From Candidatus Nitrospinota bacterium M3_3B_026 (GTDB lineage Bacteria > Nitrospinota_A > UBA7883 > JBPRGF01), in contig JBPRGF010000024.1 in the NCBI GenBank assembly GCA_051418015.1, forward strand, positions 98,635-162,634: 64,000 nucleotides of DNA, in the 5' to 3' direction. Made by a program: the position numbers and the translations under genes. The notes below the pieces were generated by a model, which saw nothing but the letters and a program-made list of their open reading frames with translations, did not search any database and was not told the DNA's origin. This document shows positions 49,636 through 60,161 of the stretch, piece after piece; position 1 is the first letter of the stretch, and every line of letters starts with the position of its first letter.

Positions 49636-50651
49636 GCGTTCTGTACGTTGAGGGCTCGCGTCCGTTGCGCAGGCTTTTTTACAAGATCAGGGTGGAGGCC
49701 GAGACGCGCCGGGCCAACATGGCGGTGGAACGGGCGTTCGACCTTGGCGGAGGTTTTCTGACCCGCAGGCCCGGCCTTGCCGCCGCGCTGGGGGCGGCGC
49801 TGGTTCTCGCCTTTTCCATAATAAGCTACGCCGTGACGTACCCCCCGCCCGCCGAGGTGGGGATATCCGGCGGCATGGCCCCCCCCGCCGTCCAGGACAG
49901 GCGCGAGCCGGCCCCAGCCCCGGAAGTCTCTTCCATGAAAGACACCGCCGCTTCGCCGGAGGCGGAGGACGGAGGGGAGGGCGAAAACCTGGCAGCCGCG
50001 CTTGAGCCCGCGCCTGCGCCGTTTGAAGACCCGGTTATCGATTTTTCAAGTCTGCCGAAACCGGCTTACTCCCTTCCGGCTCCGAACAGCGAGGCGCCCT
50101 TCGTCTTGCTGGTGGATAAATCCCGCAAACGTCTTTTCGTCCTGGAGGACGGGGGCGGCTATTACAGTATAGTGAAACGCTACGACGCCGCCCTGGGCGA
50201 GAAGAGGGGGGACAAGCAAAAAAGCGGCGACAGGAAGACCCCCGAGGGGCTCTACCACGTGGTGGGGATAAAAAAGGACAGCGAGCTTCCCGCCGAGTAC
50301 GGCCCCGGGGCTTTCGTGCTCGACTATCCGAACGATCTGGACGCGGCCTTGAGCAAAACCGGGGACGGGATATGGATACACGGCTCCGGGCTGGGGGAGC
50401 GAGTGGCAAAGACAAAAGGATGCGTGGAGATAAACGATTTTGACATCGTGGACCTCGACCGGTTCACCGATGTGGGCACGCCGGTCTATATCTTCCCCGA
50501 AGGGTTCGAGACGCCGATAATGGACGGCAGGATCAGCAAACGGGTGGTCAGCGCGGAGGTTCTTTACGGTGTCAAGGAGCTTGTGGCCCGCTCCGGGGAG
50601 AAGCCGGACGCCGTGTCCGCGGCGCTGGCGAGCCTCGCTGGGGGGTCGTAA
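49632..50651 (+). CDS. L,D-transpeptidase/carboxypeptidase (YkuD family)
   Basis: LVDKSRKRL, GDKQKSGDRKTPEGLY, LDYPN, GIWIHG...TKGCV catalytic His/Cys. Confidence 0.9.
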   Translation: MSVLYVEGSRPLRRLFYKIRVEAETRRANMAVERAFDLGGGFLTRRPGLAAALGAALVLAFSIISYAVTYPPPAEVGISGGMAPPAVQDRREPAPAPEVSSMKDTAASPEAEDGGEGENLAAALEPAPAPFEDPVIDFSSLPKPAYSLPAPNSEAPFVLLVDKSRKRLFVLEDGGGYYSIVKRYDAALGEKRGDKQKSGDRKTPEGLYHVVGIKKDSELPAEYGPGAFVLDYPNDLDAALSKTGDGIWIHGSGLGERVAKTKGCVEINDFDIVDLDRFTDVGTPVYIFPEGFETPIMDGRISKRVVSAEVLYGVKELVARSGEKPDAVSAALASLAGGS

Positions 50652-50691
50652 ACGGCCGATCCGGCCCGGCCCCGCGCCCGGGCTCGTCCCC

Positions 50692-50943
50692 CTATCCCCA
50701 AAACAGCTCGTCGAGCTCTTTTTCGAACTTCTCCCGGTTGAATCTGTTCCCGTCCATGTATCTGCCCCCGTATTCGAGGGTCGGGACAACCCGCTTGCCC
50801 CTGGCGGCGATTATCGTATCCACCGCCTCGGGGGTCTCGTCGATGTCAACGAGATTGTAGTCCAGCCCGCGCTCGTCCAGGACCCTTTTGGCCGCCGCGC
50901 AGTCGGGACACCAGGACGCTGTGTAAAAGTTCAATACAGTCAT
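50692..50943 (-). CDS. Glutaredoxin/NrdH-like redoxin
   Basis: WCPDC and VVPTL motifs, 83 aa. Confidence 0.88.
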   Translation of the reverse strand: MTVLNFYTASWCPDCAAAKRVLDERGLDYNLVDIDETPEAVDTIIAARGKRVVPTLEYGGRYMDGNRFNREKFEKELDELFWG

Positions 50944-51092
50944 CGAAATCCTCTCCTCATCTTGCCCACGCCTCTCGTGGTAGCCGAAACTATATGATAA
51001 ATATAACGTTATCCCGCCGCCCGCGTCAATCCGAAAAAATGAATCCTCTCCACGGCGGCGGCATCACATAAGCAGAAAGAGAGGTGATGATT

Positions 51093-51314
51093 ATGAAAAG
51101 CAAGACCATGAAGCGTTCGCGCAAGACGGCCAAGTCCGAACCCGCGAACCTGGTTTTTTACGACGCCAGGGCGGAGCGGCAGGTCAGGTGTTATCACTGC
51201 GGCGGCGCTCTCAAGACAGCCGAGGAGGGCGCGAAGTGCGTCATGTGCGGCCGTTACGCCGAGCACAGGTGTGATAATTGTATCTATCACGAGGGCGGAA
51301 AGGTGGCTGCGTGA
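51093..51314 (+). CDS. Small Cys-rich (zinc-ribbon-like) protein
   Basis: CYHCG, CVMCG, HRCDNC; GAGGTG SD; downstream terminator. Confidence 0.65.
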   Translation: MKSKTMKRSRKTAKSEPANLVFYDARAERQVRCYHCGGALKTAEEGAKCVMCGRYAEHRCDNCIYHEGGKVAA

Positions 51315-51346
51315 CGACGTGAGGCGTGATTTTCGCGCCCAGGCTG

Positions 51347-51382
51347 AGAAGAAGGCCCCTTTGTGATGAAGGGGCCTTTTCT
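51347..51382. terminator. Probable bidirectional intrinsic terminator
   Basis: AAGGCCCCTT/AAGGGGCCTT stem between convergent genes. Confidence 0.75.
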
Positions 51383-51984
51383 CATGCCGTCTTCTGGCCC
51401 GAGGGGAGGAGGATAGCCTTGAGTTTCCCGATCGCCCTGGCGCGGTGGCTGATCCTGTTTTTCACTTCCAGGGGAAGCTGGGCCATCGTCTTCCCATATT
51501 CCGGCACATAGAAGACAGGGTCGTAGCCGAATCCGCCGGACCCCTTCTGCCTGTCGTGGATCACGCCCTCGCAGGTTCCGGTGATGACCGTCTCCGTGGA
51601 GCTTTCCGGGTCCACCATGGCCAGGACGCAGACGTAGCGCGCGGACCGGTCGCTGGCGCCGTTGAGCCTTTCGAGGATTTCCGCGTTCACTTCGGAGTAG
51701 GGCCTGTCGCCCGCGTACCGGGCCGACTTCACCCCGAGCTCGCCCGGCATGGCGGCTATTTCTATCCCCGAGTCGTCGGCCACCGCGGGTCTTCTGAACC
51801 GTCTGGCGATGGCGCGCGCCTTGAGCAGGGCGTTCTCCTCGTATGTGCTCCCTGTCTCCTCCACGTCGAAGGAGCCGGGCAGGTCATTGAGCGATACGAA
51901 TTTTACGTCGGTCCCCTCGAAGGCGTGGTTGAACTCCCTGAGCTTGCCCTCGTTGCGCGTGGCCAATATATATTTTCTCGTCAT
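51382..51984 (-). CDS. rdgB: dITP/XTP pyrophosphatase (HAM1 family)
   Basis: ATRNEGKLRE, ENALLKA, ADDSG, GFGYDPVF, KNRISHRARA. Confidence 0.96.
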   Translation of the reverse strand: MTRKYILATRNEGKLREFNHAFEGTDVKFVSLNDLPGSFDVEETGSTYEENALLKARAIARRFRRPAVADDSGIEIAAMPGELGVKSARYAGDRPYSEVNAEILERLNGASDRSARYVCVLAMVDPESSTETVITGTCEGVIHDRQKGSGGFGYDPVFYVPEYGKTMAQLPLEVKNRISHRARAIGKLKAILLPSGQKTA

Positions 51985-52008
51985 CCCTTAAAAACTCCGG
52001 GTAAGGGC

Positions 52009-52048
52009 AAAAAAACGCCAGCACGCGAAGACTTCCGGCATGCTGGCG
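52009..52048 (-). terminator. Intrinsic terminator of the apr-qmo-sat operon
   Basis: Minus strand CGCCAGCA...TGCTGGCG followed by a T7 run, just downstream of sat. Confidence 0.8.
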
Positions 52049-52085
52049 ATACCTTCTATCTATCTATGTCCGAGGCCGCTCCCGC

Positions 52086-53306
52086 TTACTCGCCCTCGCC
52101 CGTGGCGGCGCGATGGAGCTTGACCTCGACCTTCTCCTCCAGGCCCTGGTAATACTCCCTGAGTATCTCCAGCACCTCGGGTCTTGAGAACTCCCTGGGT
52201 ATCTCGCCGCCTTCAGAGAGGGTCTTGCGGAGAACTGTGCCGGAAAGCAGCAGCCGGTCATCCTTGCCGTGCGGGCAGGTGCGCATGGAGGCCATCCCGT
52301 CGCACTTGTAGCAATAGAACGTCCAGTCGATCTTCAGCGGCTGAAGCTCCAGCGACCCCTTCGGTATCTCGTCGAATATCCGGTGGGCGTCGAAGGGGCC
52401 GTAATAGTCCCCCACGCCCGCGTGGTCGCGCCCGACTATCAGGTGCGAGCAGCCGAAGTTCTGCCGGAACACGGCGTGCAGCAGCGCCTCGCGGGGCCCG
52501 GCGTACCTCATCTCCATCGGGTATCCGGCCTGTATGGCTGTGTTCTCAACGAAATAGTTGTCCACCAGCGTGTTGATCGCCCTGACCCGGACATCCGCGG
52601 GAATATCCCCCGGCTTGAGCTTGCCGACGAGTTGGTGGATCAGCAGCCCGTCGGTCACCTCGATGGCTATCTTGGCCAGGTACTCGTGGGAGCGGTGCAT
52701 CGGGTTGCGAAGTTGCAGAGCGGCGACGGTGCTCCAGCCGCGTCTTTCGAACTCGGCGCGGGTCTCGGCGGGGCGCATGTAGATGTCCTTGTAGGTTTTC
52801 GGGTAATGCCCCTCGGAGAAGACCTTCACCGGCCCCGCCAGGTTCACCTCTCCCTGCGCCATCACCTTCGCCACGCCGGGGTGCTCCTCGTCGGTGGTTT
52901 TGAACACGCTCATGCATTCGTGGGCCTTGTTGATCTGGTACCTTTCGGTGATGGTCATGGCGCCCATGATCTCGCCCGTCTCGCCGTCTACCAGGGCGGC
53001 CTTCTGGCCCTCCTTGAGCCCGTCGGCCTGCTCGGCCGTGGCGGAAAGGGTGATGGGGATCGGCCAGAAAAGGCCCGAGGTGGTCTTGTATCCGTCGCAG
53101 ACACCCTCCCAGTCGCCCTTGGCCATGAAGCCCTCCAGCGGGGTGAACGCGCCCATGCCCAGCATGATGAGGTCCGACGTCTCCCGAGAGGTCATCGTCA
53201 CCTTCGGATACTCCTTCGCCCTGGCCAGTTCCTCCTTGAGCTCCTCGCCCTCGAGCAGGAGCGGCTTCAGCGGCCCTCCACCATGCGGGTTAACCAGTTT
53301 GCCCAT
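52086..53306 (-). CDS. sat: Sulfate adenylyltransferase (dissimilatory type)
   Basis: [34 protein letters not shown], Zn site CYKC...CPH. Confidence 0.97.
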   Translation of the reverse strand: MGKLVNPHGGGPLKPLLLEGEELKEELARAKEYPKVTMTSRETSDLIMLGMGAFTPLEGFMAKGDWEGVCDGYKTTSGLFWPIPITLSATAEQADGLKEGQKAALVDGETGEIMGAMTITERYQINKAHECMSVFKTTDEEHPGVAKVMAQGEVNLAGPVKVFSEGHYPKTYKDIYMRPAETRAEFERRGWSTVAALQLRNPMHRSHEYLAKIAIEVTDGLLIHQLVGKLKPGDIPADVRVRAINTLVDNYFVENTAIQAGYPMEMRYAGPREALLHAVFRQNFGCSHLIVGRDHAGVGDYYGPFDAHRIFDEIPKGSLELQPLKIDWTFYCYKCDGMASMRTCPHGKDDRLLLSGTVLRKTLSEGGEIPREFSRPEVLEILREYYQGLEEKVEVKLHRAATGEGE

Positions 53307-53342
53307 GGCTCTAAAACCTCCCCCGATAAGATTTTCTTATGT

Positions 53343-54503
53343 TCACGACGCCTTCCGCTCCCTCTCGCGCTCCACGGTCTTCGCGTAGGTAAGCGCCACG
53401 AATCGGTAGAAAAAGTGGGCGAACTTCGAGAAGGGAGCGTAGACGAGCAGGCTGAAAACGAAAACGAGATGAACGTAGTACACCCCGAACGAAAGCAGGG
53501 CCGCGCCGGCCAGGCGAAAAATCTCCGCCAGGACTCCGGTTATGATCGTGATGTAGAGTATCCAGATGAAGTTGCGGTCGTAGAACCCAGTGACGCCCGC
53601 GTCCTCCGACGAGGGGCCGAACCGGCGCGCGGCGATGAGCGTCACCCCCGTCACCGCCAGGATCGCCCCCAGGTTGCCGAGTATCTTGACGGGATGCGAA
53701 AGCGACAGCGGCGTGCTGGCCACCTCGGCTATGTGGAGCTTGTTCATCCAGTACATGATGGCCACCGCGGTCGTCGTCGCCAGCAGAGCGAGGAAGCCGT
53801 ACATGGTCAGAAGATGCGCCGTGAACCGCGGCCTGTTGGTCACGCATTTCGAGAGCTTGTCATGCTTGAGTATCCCCGCAAGAGCCGCTATCGCGCCAGC
53901 GGCGACTGACCCGCGCGAGCCGGACGCCCCGGGCGACCCGGCCGACATGGCCTTCCAGAGCTTCATTATGCTGATGATCGCGCAAAGCGCCGCGAAGCCA
54001 ACCGTGGGCAGGAACACGGCGTCGATGGCCGGGACGGGCATCATGTTCGAATAGACGATCGGCCTCATGGACGTGAACCCCTCCTTCGAGGCTATGCCGA
54101 TGGCCGCGGCGATTATCACCGCCGGTATCAGGAAAAGGGCCGGCAGATACTTCGCGCCGGTGAAGAACCGCCCCAGCCCGAACGCGCCGTATTCGGCGAA
54201 GCTGATGTCTCGGACCGCCGCCATGACGTCGCCCGGCTTCGCGCCGCGGGGGCAGTGGGTGGAGCAGTCGTTGCACTGGTGGCAAAGCCACACGTCGGCG
54301 TTCCCCAAAAGCCTGTCCTTCAGTCCCCACTGCGCCCAGATCATCTCCTTGCGGGGGAAGGGGACGTGGTCGGGCGATATCTCGCACACCACCGAGCAAT
54401 TGCCGCACTGGAAACATTTCTTGAGCGTGGCGCCCCCCATCTCCATCACCCTGCGGACGAAGACAGGGTCGGGCTCTATGACCTGGACGTCGGCGTCTGA
54501 CAT
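53343..54503 (-). CDS. qmoC: Quinone-interacting membrane-bound oxidoreductase subunit C
   Basis: CFQCGNCSVVC and CHQCNDCSTHCP ferredoxin motifs plus TM domain ending PFSKFAH. Confidence 0.93.
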   Translation of the reverse strand: MSDADVQVIEPDPVFVRRVMEMGGATLKKCFQCGNCSVVCEISPDHVPFPRKEMIWAQWGLKDRLLGNADVWLCHQCNDCSTHCPRGAKPGDVMAAVRDISFAEYGAFGLGRFFTGAKYLPALFLIPAVIIAAAIGIASKEGFTSMRPIVYSNMMPVPAIDAVFLPTVGFAALCAIISIMKLWKAMSAGSPGASGSRGSVAAGAIAALAGILKHDKLSKCVTNRPRFTAHLLTMYGFLALLATTTAVAIMYWMNKLHIAEVASTPLSLSHPVKILGNLGAILAVTGVTLIAARRFGPSSEDAGVTGFYDRNFIWILYITIITGVLAEIFRLAGAALLSFGVYYVHLVFVFSLLVYAPFSKFAHFFYRFVALTYAKTVERERERKAS

Positions 54504-54525
54504 ATCCTCATCACCCCCGCGTTCT

Positions 54526-56742
54526 CTAAAAACCTTTGTAAGGGTTCGGATCCATCGTGGAGAGCTTCTCCATGAAGCCGTTGACTATCTCCGGAACCCT
54601 GTTGTAGTCGTCTATCGCTATCTGCTCGAAAAGTATCCTCTCCGACTCCAGCATGAGCCGGTCAAGCGTCTCCTGCACCTTGCCGATGCGGTAGTTGGCA
54701 AGCTCCGAGCCCTTTATGAAGTGGCACTGATAGTCGTCCCCGTGCTTGCAACCGAGCAGGATGATCCCGTCCACGCCGCTTGAAAGCGCGTCGGCTATCC
54801 AGACCAGGTTCGTCGACCCCAAGCAGCGCAGCGGGATGATCCTCACCGAGGCGTCGTACTTGAGCCTGTTTATCCCCGCCATGTCGAAGGCGGGCATGGC
54901 GTCGTTTTCGCACACGAAGGCTATCACCCGCAGCTTGCCGGAGAACTCGTCGGGTATCTCTATCGACTTTATCATCTGCGCGATCATCGGCACGTTGTAG
55001 TTCTTGAAAGATATGATCCGCTCCGGGCAGGCGCCCATGCATATGGCGCAGCGGCGGCACCTTGTGGGGTTCGGCTTGGGCGTTCCCTTCTCGTCCTCGT
55101 CCAGCGTGCCGAAAGGACACTCCTCCGTGCACCGCTTGCACTGCGTGCAACGGTCGAGGAAAAACTCCGGGTAGCTCGTGTCCCCCGCGCGCGGGTGGAC
55201 GGCCTTGCCCTGCCTGCCGAGGGTTATGCTCTGGATCGCCTTCAGCGCCGCCCCAGCGGCGTCGCTCATGCTGGCGGCTATGTCCTGCGGATGGCGGACG
55301 GTCCCGGCGGCGTACATCCCCGTCCTCTGGGTTTCGTATGGGAAGCAGATGAAATGGGAGTCCGGGAAGCCGTATTTCAGGTCTGGCAGCTCGGAGCCTT
55401 TTCTGTATGTCAGGTTCAGTATCGGCGCCTTGCCGACCTTGAACTGGTCGCGGTCGGTCATCTGCTCCTCGGGCTTGTCGACGGTCACCGTCGGGTCGTG
55501 GGTGGTCGGCGTCATCCCGACGGCCAGAACGACGAGGTCCGCCTTCACCTTCACCGTGTCGCCAAGCAGCGTGTTCTCAACCGTCACCGCGAGCCCGTCG
55601 CCGTTCTGCTCGACACCGGAGACCTCACCCTTGGTGAGGAAAATCCCCGGGTCGTCCTGCGCTTTCTTGTAGAAAAGCTCCGTGTTCCCAGGCGTTCTCA
55701 TGTCCTTGTAGATGATGGTGGCCGAGGCGGCGCCGTCCTTCTCCCGAGCGTACATGGCCTGTTTTAACGATGTGGCGCAGCAGACCGACGAGCAGTAGGG
55801 CAGGTGGTTCTCGTCGCGGGATCCGGCGCACTGGATGAAGACGACGCTTCTGGCCGGCTTGCCGTCCGACGGACGTTTTATATCGCCGGAGGCCGCTATC
55901 TTCTCGAAATCCACGTTGCTGATAACGTTCGGCAGGCCCGCGCCAAGGTGTGTGAGCTTGTTGACGTCATAAGGCTTGAAGCCGGTGGCCAGCACAATGG
56001 CCCCGGCGCGGATCGTCGCCTCCGAGCCGTTCAGCAACGTCACGTCGAACATCCCCGGCGCGCCGGAGATCGACTTTATGGTCGTGCTCAGGTGGACGGT
56101 TATGTCCGGGTCGTCTTCTACGGCCTTCACGTGGTCCTCGATGTCGTTGTCCTGCGGCGTGTCGTAGGGCGCCTTGCGGGGAAAGGTCTTCGCGAGGTTG
56201 TTCATGAACCCGCCGAGCCTCTCCGTTTTTTCCACGAGATGGACCTTGTGCCCCGACTTGGCGGCGTTTTTCGCGGCGGTCAGGCCGGTGATCCCACCGC
56301 CCACGACCAGGATGGCGCCGTCCATCTCGTCTATGTGGGGGATGGGGGGCTCCATCGCCTTTATCTTGGCGAGCCCCATACGCAGGTAGTCTGCCGCCAG
56401 CGCCTGTGTGTCCTCGTTGCCCGGCTCATGGCTCCAGGCGACCTTCTCCCGGATGTCCACACGGTCCAGCAGGACGTCCTCGCCGAAGTCGAATATGTCG
56501 TAGCAGGCCCGCTGCGAGCAGGCGGCGATGACAACGGCGTTTACGCCTTCATTGGCGATGTCGTCCTTTATGAGCTTTACGCCCTCGTTATCACAAAGAA
56601 AGCCGTGGGTTCTGACCACGGGGGTCTTCAGCTCTTCGGAGGCGACCTTCGAAAGCTCGTCTATGTTCATGGCCTCGCCTATCCCGCAGCCGGAGCAGAT
56701 GTAGACGCCGATCTTTTTTTCCACTTTCTTCTCCTCCGTCAT
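54526..56742 (-). CDS. qmoB: QmoB (HdrA-like with ferredoxin and MvhD domains)
   Basis: VGGGITG, QCAGSRD..LPYCS..CC, DSHFICFPYETQRTG, CTQCKRCTEEC, GCKHGDDYQCHF. Confidence 0.95.
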   Translation of the reverse strand: MTEEKKVEKKIGVYICSGCGIGEAMNIDELSKVASEELKTPVVRTHGFLCDNEGVKLIKDDIANEGVNAVVIAACSQRACYDIFDFGEDVLLDRVDIREKVAWSHEPGNEDTQALAADYLRMGLAKIKAMEPPIPHIDEMDGAILVVGGGITGLTAAKNAAKSGHKVHLVEKTERLGGFMNNLAKTFPRKAPYDTPQDNDIEDHVKAVEDDPDITVHLSTTIKSISGAPGMFDVTLLNGSEATIRAGAIVLATGFKPYDVNKLTHLGAGLPNVISNVDFEKIAASGDIKRPSDGKPARSVVFIQCAGSRDENHLPYCSSVCCATSLKQAMYAREKDGAASATIIYKDMRTPGNTELFYKKAQDDPGIFLTKGEVSGVEQNGDGLAVTVENTLLGDTVKVKADLVVLAVGMTPTTHDPTVTVDKPEEQMTDRDQFKVGKAPILNLTYRKGSELPDLKYGFPDSHFICFPYETQRTGMYAAGTVRHPQDIAASMSDAAGAALKAIQSITLGRQGKAVHPRAGDTSYPEFFLDRCTQCKRCTEECPFGTLDEDEKGTPKPNPTRCRRCAICMGACPERIISFKNYNVPMIAQMIKSIEIPDEFSGKLRVIAFVCENDAMPAFDMAGINRLKYDASVRIIPLRCLGSTNLVWIADALSSGVDGIILLGCKHGDDYQCHFIKGSELANYRIGKVQETLDRLMLESERILFEQIAIDDYNRVPEIVNGFMEKLSTMDPNPYKGF

Positions 56743-56818
56743 TTGAGCGCCCCCGCCTGGGAGGCTTTCAGGTTTGACGAAGCCCCCGCTTCAGCCCCGG
56801 AAGTTTTTTGAAAAACAT

Positions 56819-58060
56819 TCATTTTGCGCCGACCTGAAAAGCTTTGAGGGCCGTTCCCGTCGCGTCCTGTACGGACGTCGTCACGTCCACTGGGCGGCCG
56901 GCCACGCCGGTGGAAAGGAGCCCCCCCACGGTCTGCAGATCAGACGGCATGAAGCCGTTCTCGTCGGCCTTCATCAGGCCGTCCCCCTTGACCGAAGGCT
57001 CCATCCCGGTCGCCAGCACCACGAGGTCACAGGCGACTCGAAGTTTGCCGCCCCCCAAGATATCCTCCGCCGTGACCACCGCGCGGCCGTCGGCATCCTG
57101 CTCGATCTTCGCCACCTTGCCCTTGACGAGATTCACCTTCCCGTCCGCCTCCACGCGGTTTAAAAAGGCCTCGTACTTGCCCGGGGCGCGAAGGTCTATA
57201 TAGAAGACGTAGACCTCGCCGTCCTCGGGATATTGGTCGCGGACGTATGTCGCCTGCTTGAGCGAGGCCAGGCAGCAGATCGAGGAGCAATAGGGCAGGT
57301 GATTCTCGTCGCGGGACCCGGCGCACTGGACGAAGGCGACCTTTTTGGCAGGCTCGCCGTTGTCGCGCCTCAAAATCTTTCCGCCCGTCGGGCCGTTCTG
57401 GGCCGCAAGCCGCTCCATCTCCACGTTGTTTATGACGTTTTTTATCTCGCTGTACCCGAGGTTGGCGATCTTCGCGGCGTCGTATGGTTTCCAGCCGGTG
57501 GCGTAGACTATCGACCCGGCCTTGACCGTCCTTGTCTCTTCGCCCATGGAAAGGTCGATCGCGCCATATTTGCACGCCTTGACGCACTCGCCGCACTCGG
57601 TCCCCTTGCACAAGCTCATGTCGATGGCGTATCTCATCGGCATGGCCATCTGGTGCGGCAGGTATATCGCCTTCGTCTCGCTCATGCCGTAGTTGAAGTC
57701 GTCCTTCCGGGTGACCGGGCAAACGGGGACGCAGTCGTCGCAGGCCACGCACTTCTGGTTGACACCGCGCGGCCTGGTCCTGATCGTGGCCTCGAAGTTT
57801 CCCATCTTGCCGGAGATTTTTTCGACCTCCGATAGGGTGAGTATCTCAATGTTGGGGTTTATCCTGATCCTGCGGAAGTTTATCTCCATCCCGCAGTATG
57901 GCGGGCACAGCTTGGGGAAATACTTGTTCATGCGGGAGACGCGGCCGCCCAGGTAGGCCTCTTTTTCCACGAGGGTCACCTTCCGCCCCAGTTCGGCCGC
58001 CTCCACGGCCGCGGTCATCCCGCCTATCCCCCCGCCTATGACAAGGACGCTGTCTTGCAT
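56819..58060 (-). CDS. qmoA: QmoA (HdrA-like flavoprotein)
   Basis: IGGGIGG, KYFPKLCPPYCG, QCAGSRDENHLPYCSSICC. Confidence 0.95.
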   Translation of the reverse strand: MQDSVLVIGGGIGGMTAAVEAAELGRKVTLVEKEAYLGGRVSRMNKYFPKLCPPYCGMEINFRRIRINPNIEILTLSEVEKISGKMGNFEATIRTRPRGVNQKCVACDDCVPVCPVTRKDDFNYGMSETKAIYLPHQMAMPMRYAIDMSLCKGTECGECVKACKYGAIDLSMGEETRTVKAGSIVYATGWKPYDAAKIANLGYSEIKNVINNVEMERLAAQNGPTGGKILRRDNGEPAKKVAFVQCAGSRDENHLPYCSSICCLASLKQATYVRDQYPEDGEVYVFYIDLRAPGKYEAFLNRVEADGKVNLVKGKVAKIEQDADGRAVVTAEDILGGGKLRVACDLVVLATGMEPSVKGDGLMKADENGFMPSDLQTVGGLLSTGVAGRPVDVTTSVQDATGTALKAFQVGAK

Positions 58061-58220
58061 AAAAACTCCCCTCGTTTTTCGTTATCCGGCGGTGTCAAGC
58101 GTCAGGGCCGGACAGTCGGAGCCGCCGGCGGGCGGGACGAAACTCAAAAAGGCTCGCCCCGCCTGCCGGCGGCCTTCCGGACTTTTCAGTTTCCGGAAGG
58201 CGCGCGTTATTTTAAACCAC

Positions 58221-60143
58221 CTAGCTCTTCGGCACGAGGTCGATGTGGGGGACCTTTTTTATCTCCCACTCGCCGGTCTTTGGATCATACTTCGAGTTGA
58301 CGAAGCACTTCCAGTTCTCCTCGTCCAGCTTCGGATAGTCCGACCTGTAATAGAAGCCCGGATAGCGCGTCTCCTTCCTGAAGTAGACGTGGCGCAGGTG
58401 CAGCTCCGCCATCCAGATGCGGTGGAAGTTCTCCCAGGCCCGCATCAGCTCGTGCAGGTCCTTGGCGGCCATCTTCTGCGAGTCCTCCTTGAGCATCAGC
58501 AGGAGCTTCAGCCCCTCGTCCATCATCTTCTCGGAGGTGACGTAGTAGGTGGACGTGCCCGCGACGTACTCGTCCATGAGCTTGTTCAGGCGGAACATCA
58601 TCATCCTCGGCCGGATCATGTTCGGGTTGACCATCGGGTCCGTGGAGTAGTCCTTGTTGTCAAGGAAGTTCTGGAACGGTTTGTAGATCTCCGCCCCAAG
58701 CTCCGCCGCGGAAAGATGCAGCGACGGGCTGAAGTCGGCGTTGTCCCGAGCGAATTTCACGAGGGCCTTGCCGGCGATCCTCCCCTCGGTGAAGGAGCCG
58801 GAGGAGAACTTGTGGCCCGAGGCGCCCACGCCGTCGGCGGCGGTGAACAGGCCCTTGACGGTGGTCATCCGGTTGTAGCCCCACTGCCACTCGTCCGGGG
58901 CGATATCCTCCGGGCCGGAGACCCAGGCCCCGCAGGCGCCGGAGTGCGAGCCGAGGAAGTAGGGCTCCGTGGGCATAAGCTCCGAGGGGCTCTCCTCCGG
59001 GCGGATGTTCATCCCGGCCCAGTAGTTGGCCTGGCCTATGGTCATGTCCAGGAAATCCTCCCAGGCCTCGGCCTCCAGGTGCTTGACCTGCTTGGCGTCC
59101 ATTGTCTTGGACAGTTCGGCCATGGCGGTGGGCGTGTCCATGAGGATAGGCCCGTGTCCATCCCTCATCTCCTTGAGCATCTGGTGGTTGCGCAGACACG
59201 TGGGGGTGACGGCGGCGTGGCCGTAGGGCGGATACTCGTCCAGCATATCCTTGTTCTCGACGGCGTAGACCTTGCCCTTGGCGTTTATGGCCTTCGACTT
59301 GAACAGCAGGAACCACGCGCCGACGGGTCCGTATCCGTCCTTGAACCTGGCCGGGACGAACCTGTTCTCCATGGTGGTCATCTCCGCGCCCACCTGGGAG
59401 AGCATGGTGTATGTCGATCCCGCGTTCCAGACGGCGTACCAGGTGCGGCCCATGCCTTCGCCGGTCGACCTCGGGCGGAAGATGTTGACCGCGCCGCCCG
59501 CGACGCACAGGATGGCCTTTGCCCTGAAGACGTAGATCTTGTTCTCGCGGACGGAGAAGCCCACGGCCCCGGCTATCCTGTTGTCCTCCTTCTCGTCGAG
59601 CAGAAGCTTCACGATGAAGCAACGCTCGATGATGTTGTCCATCCCCAGGGCGTTCTTGGCCGCCTCGGCGACTATCACCTTGTAGGACTCGCCGTTTATC
59701 ATGATCTGCCATTTGCCGGAGCGGACGGGTTTTCCGCCCTCGCGCAGGGTCTTGCCCTCGTCGCCGGGCTGTTTCCAGATCGGCAGCCCCCACTCCTCGA
59801 ACAGCATCACGGTGTCGTCGACGTGGCGGCCGACGTCGTACACCAGGTCGTCGCGGGTGACGCCCATCAGGTCGTTGGCGACCATGCGGACGTAGTCCTC
59901 CGGGGTGTTCTCGCCCAGGTAGGTGTTGATGGCGGAAAGGCCCTGGGCCACCGCCCCGGAGCGGTCCATGGCGGCCTTGTCCACCAGGGTGATCTTGTAC
60001 TTGTCTCCGGCCCAGCGCTTGGCCTCGAAGGCCGCGCCGCAGGCGGCCATGCCGCCGCCGATCAGAAGGATGTCGGTCTCGTGCTCTTCTATGACCGGGT
60101 CCTTGGCGAAATCAGCGTGATAGTTCTCTGCTGGTGATACCAT
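58221..60143 (-). CDS. aprA: Adenylylsulfate reductase alpha subunit
   Basis: RSGAVAQGLSAINTY, WQIMINGESYK, RFKDGYGPVGAWFL, GASGHKFSSGS. Confidence 0.98.
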   Translation of the reverse strand: MVSPAENYHADFAKDPVIEEHETDILLIGGGMAACGAAFEAKRWAGDKYKITLVDKAAMDRSGAVAQGLSAINTYLGENTPEDYVRMVANDLMGVTRDDLVYDVGRHVDDTVMLFEEWGLPIWKQPGDEGKTLREGGKPVRSGKWQIMINGESYKVIVAEAAKNALGMDNIIERCFIVKLLLDEKEDNRIAGAVGFSVRENKIYVFRAKAILCVAGGAVNIFRPRSTGEGMGRTWYAVWNAGSTYTMLSQVGAEMTTMENRFVPARFKDGYGPVGAWFLLFKSKAINAKGKVYAVENKDMLDEYPPYGHAAVTPTCLRNHQMLKEMRDGHGPILMDTPTAMAELSKTMDAKQVKHLEAEAWEDFLDMTIGQANYWAGMNIRPEESPSELMPTEPYFLGSHSGACGAWVSGPEDIAPDEWQWGYNRMTTVKGLFTAADGVGASGHKFSSGSFTEGRIAGKALVKFARDNADFSPSLHLSAAELGAEIYKPFQNFLDNKDYSTDPMVNPNMIRPRMMMFRLNKLMDEYVAGTSTYYVTSEKMMDEGLKLLLMLKEDSQKMAAKDLHELMRAWENFHRIWMAELHLRHVYFRKETRYPGFYYRSDYPKLDEENWKCFVNSKYDPKTGEWEIKKVPHIDLVPKS

Positions 60144-60161
60144 CTGTTCTCTCCTCTCCCC

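Noticed and set aside
54526..58060. Selenocysteine or frameshift in the HdrA-like qmo genes
   Set aside because: ORFs are full length with Cys at the expected motifs and no in-frame TGA
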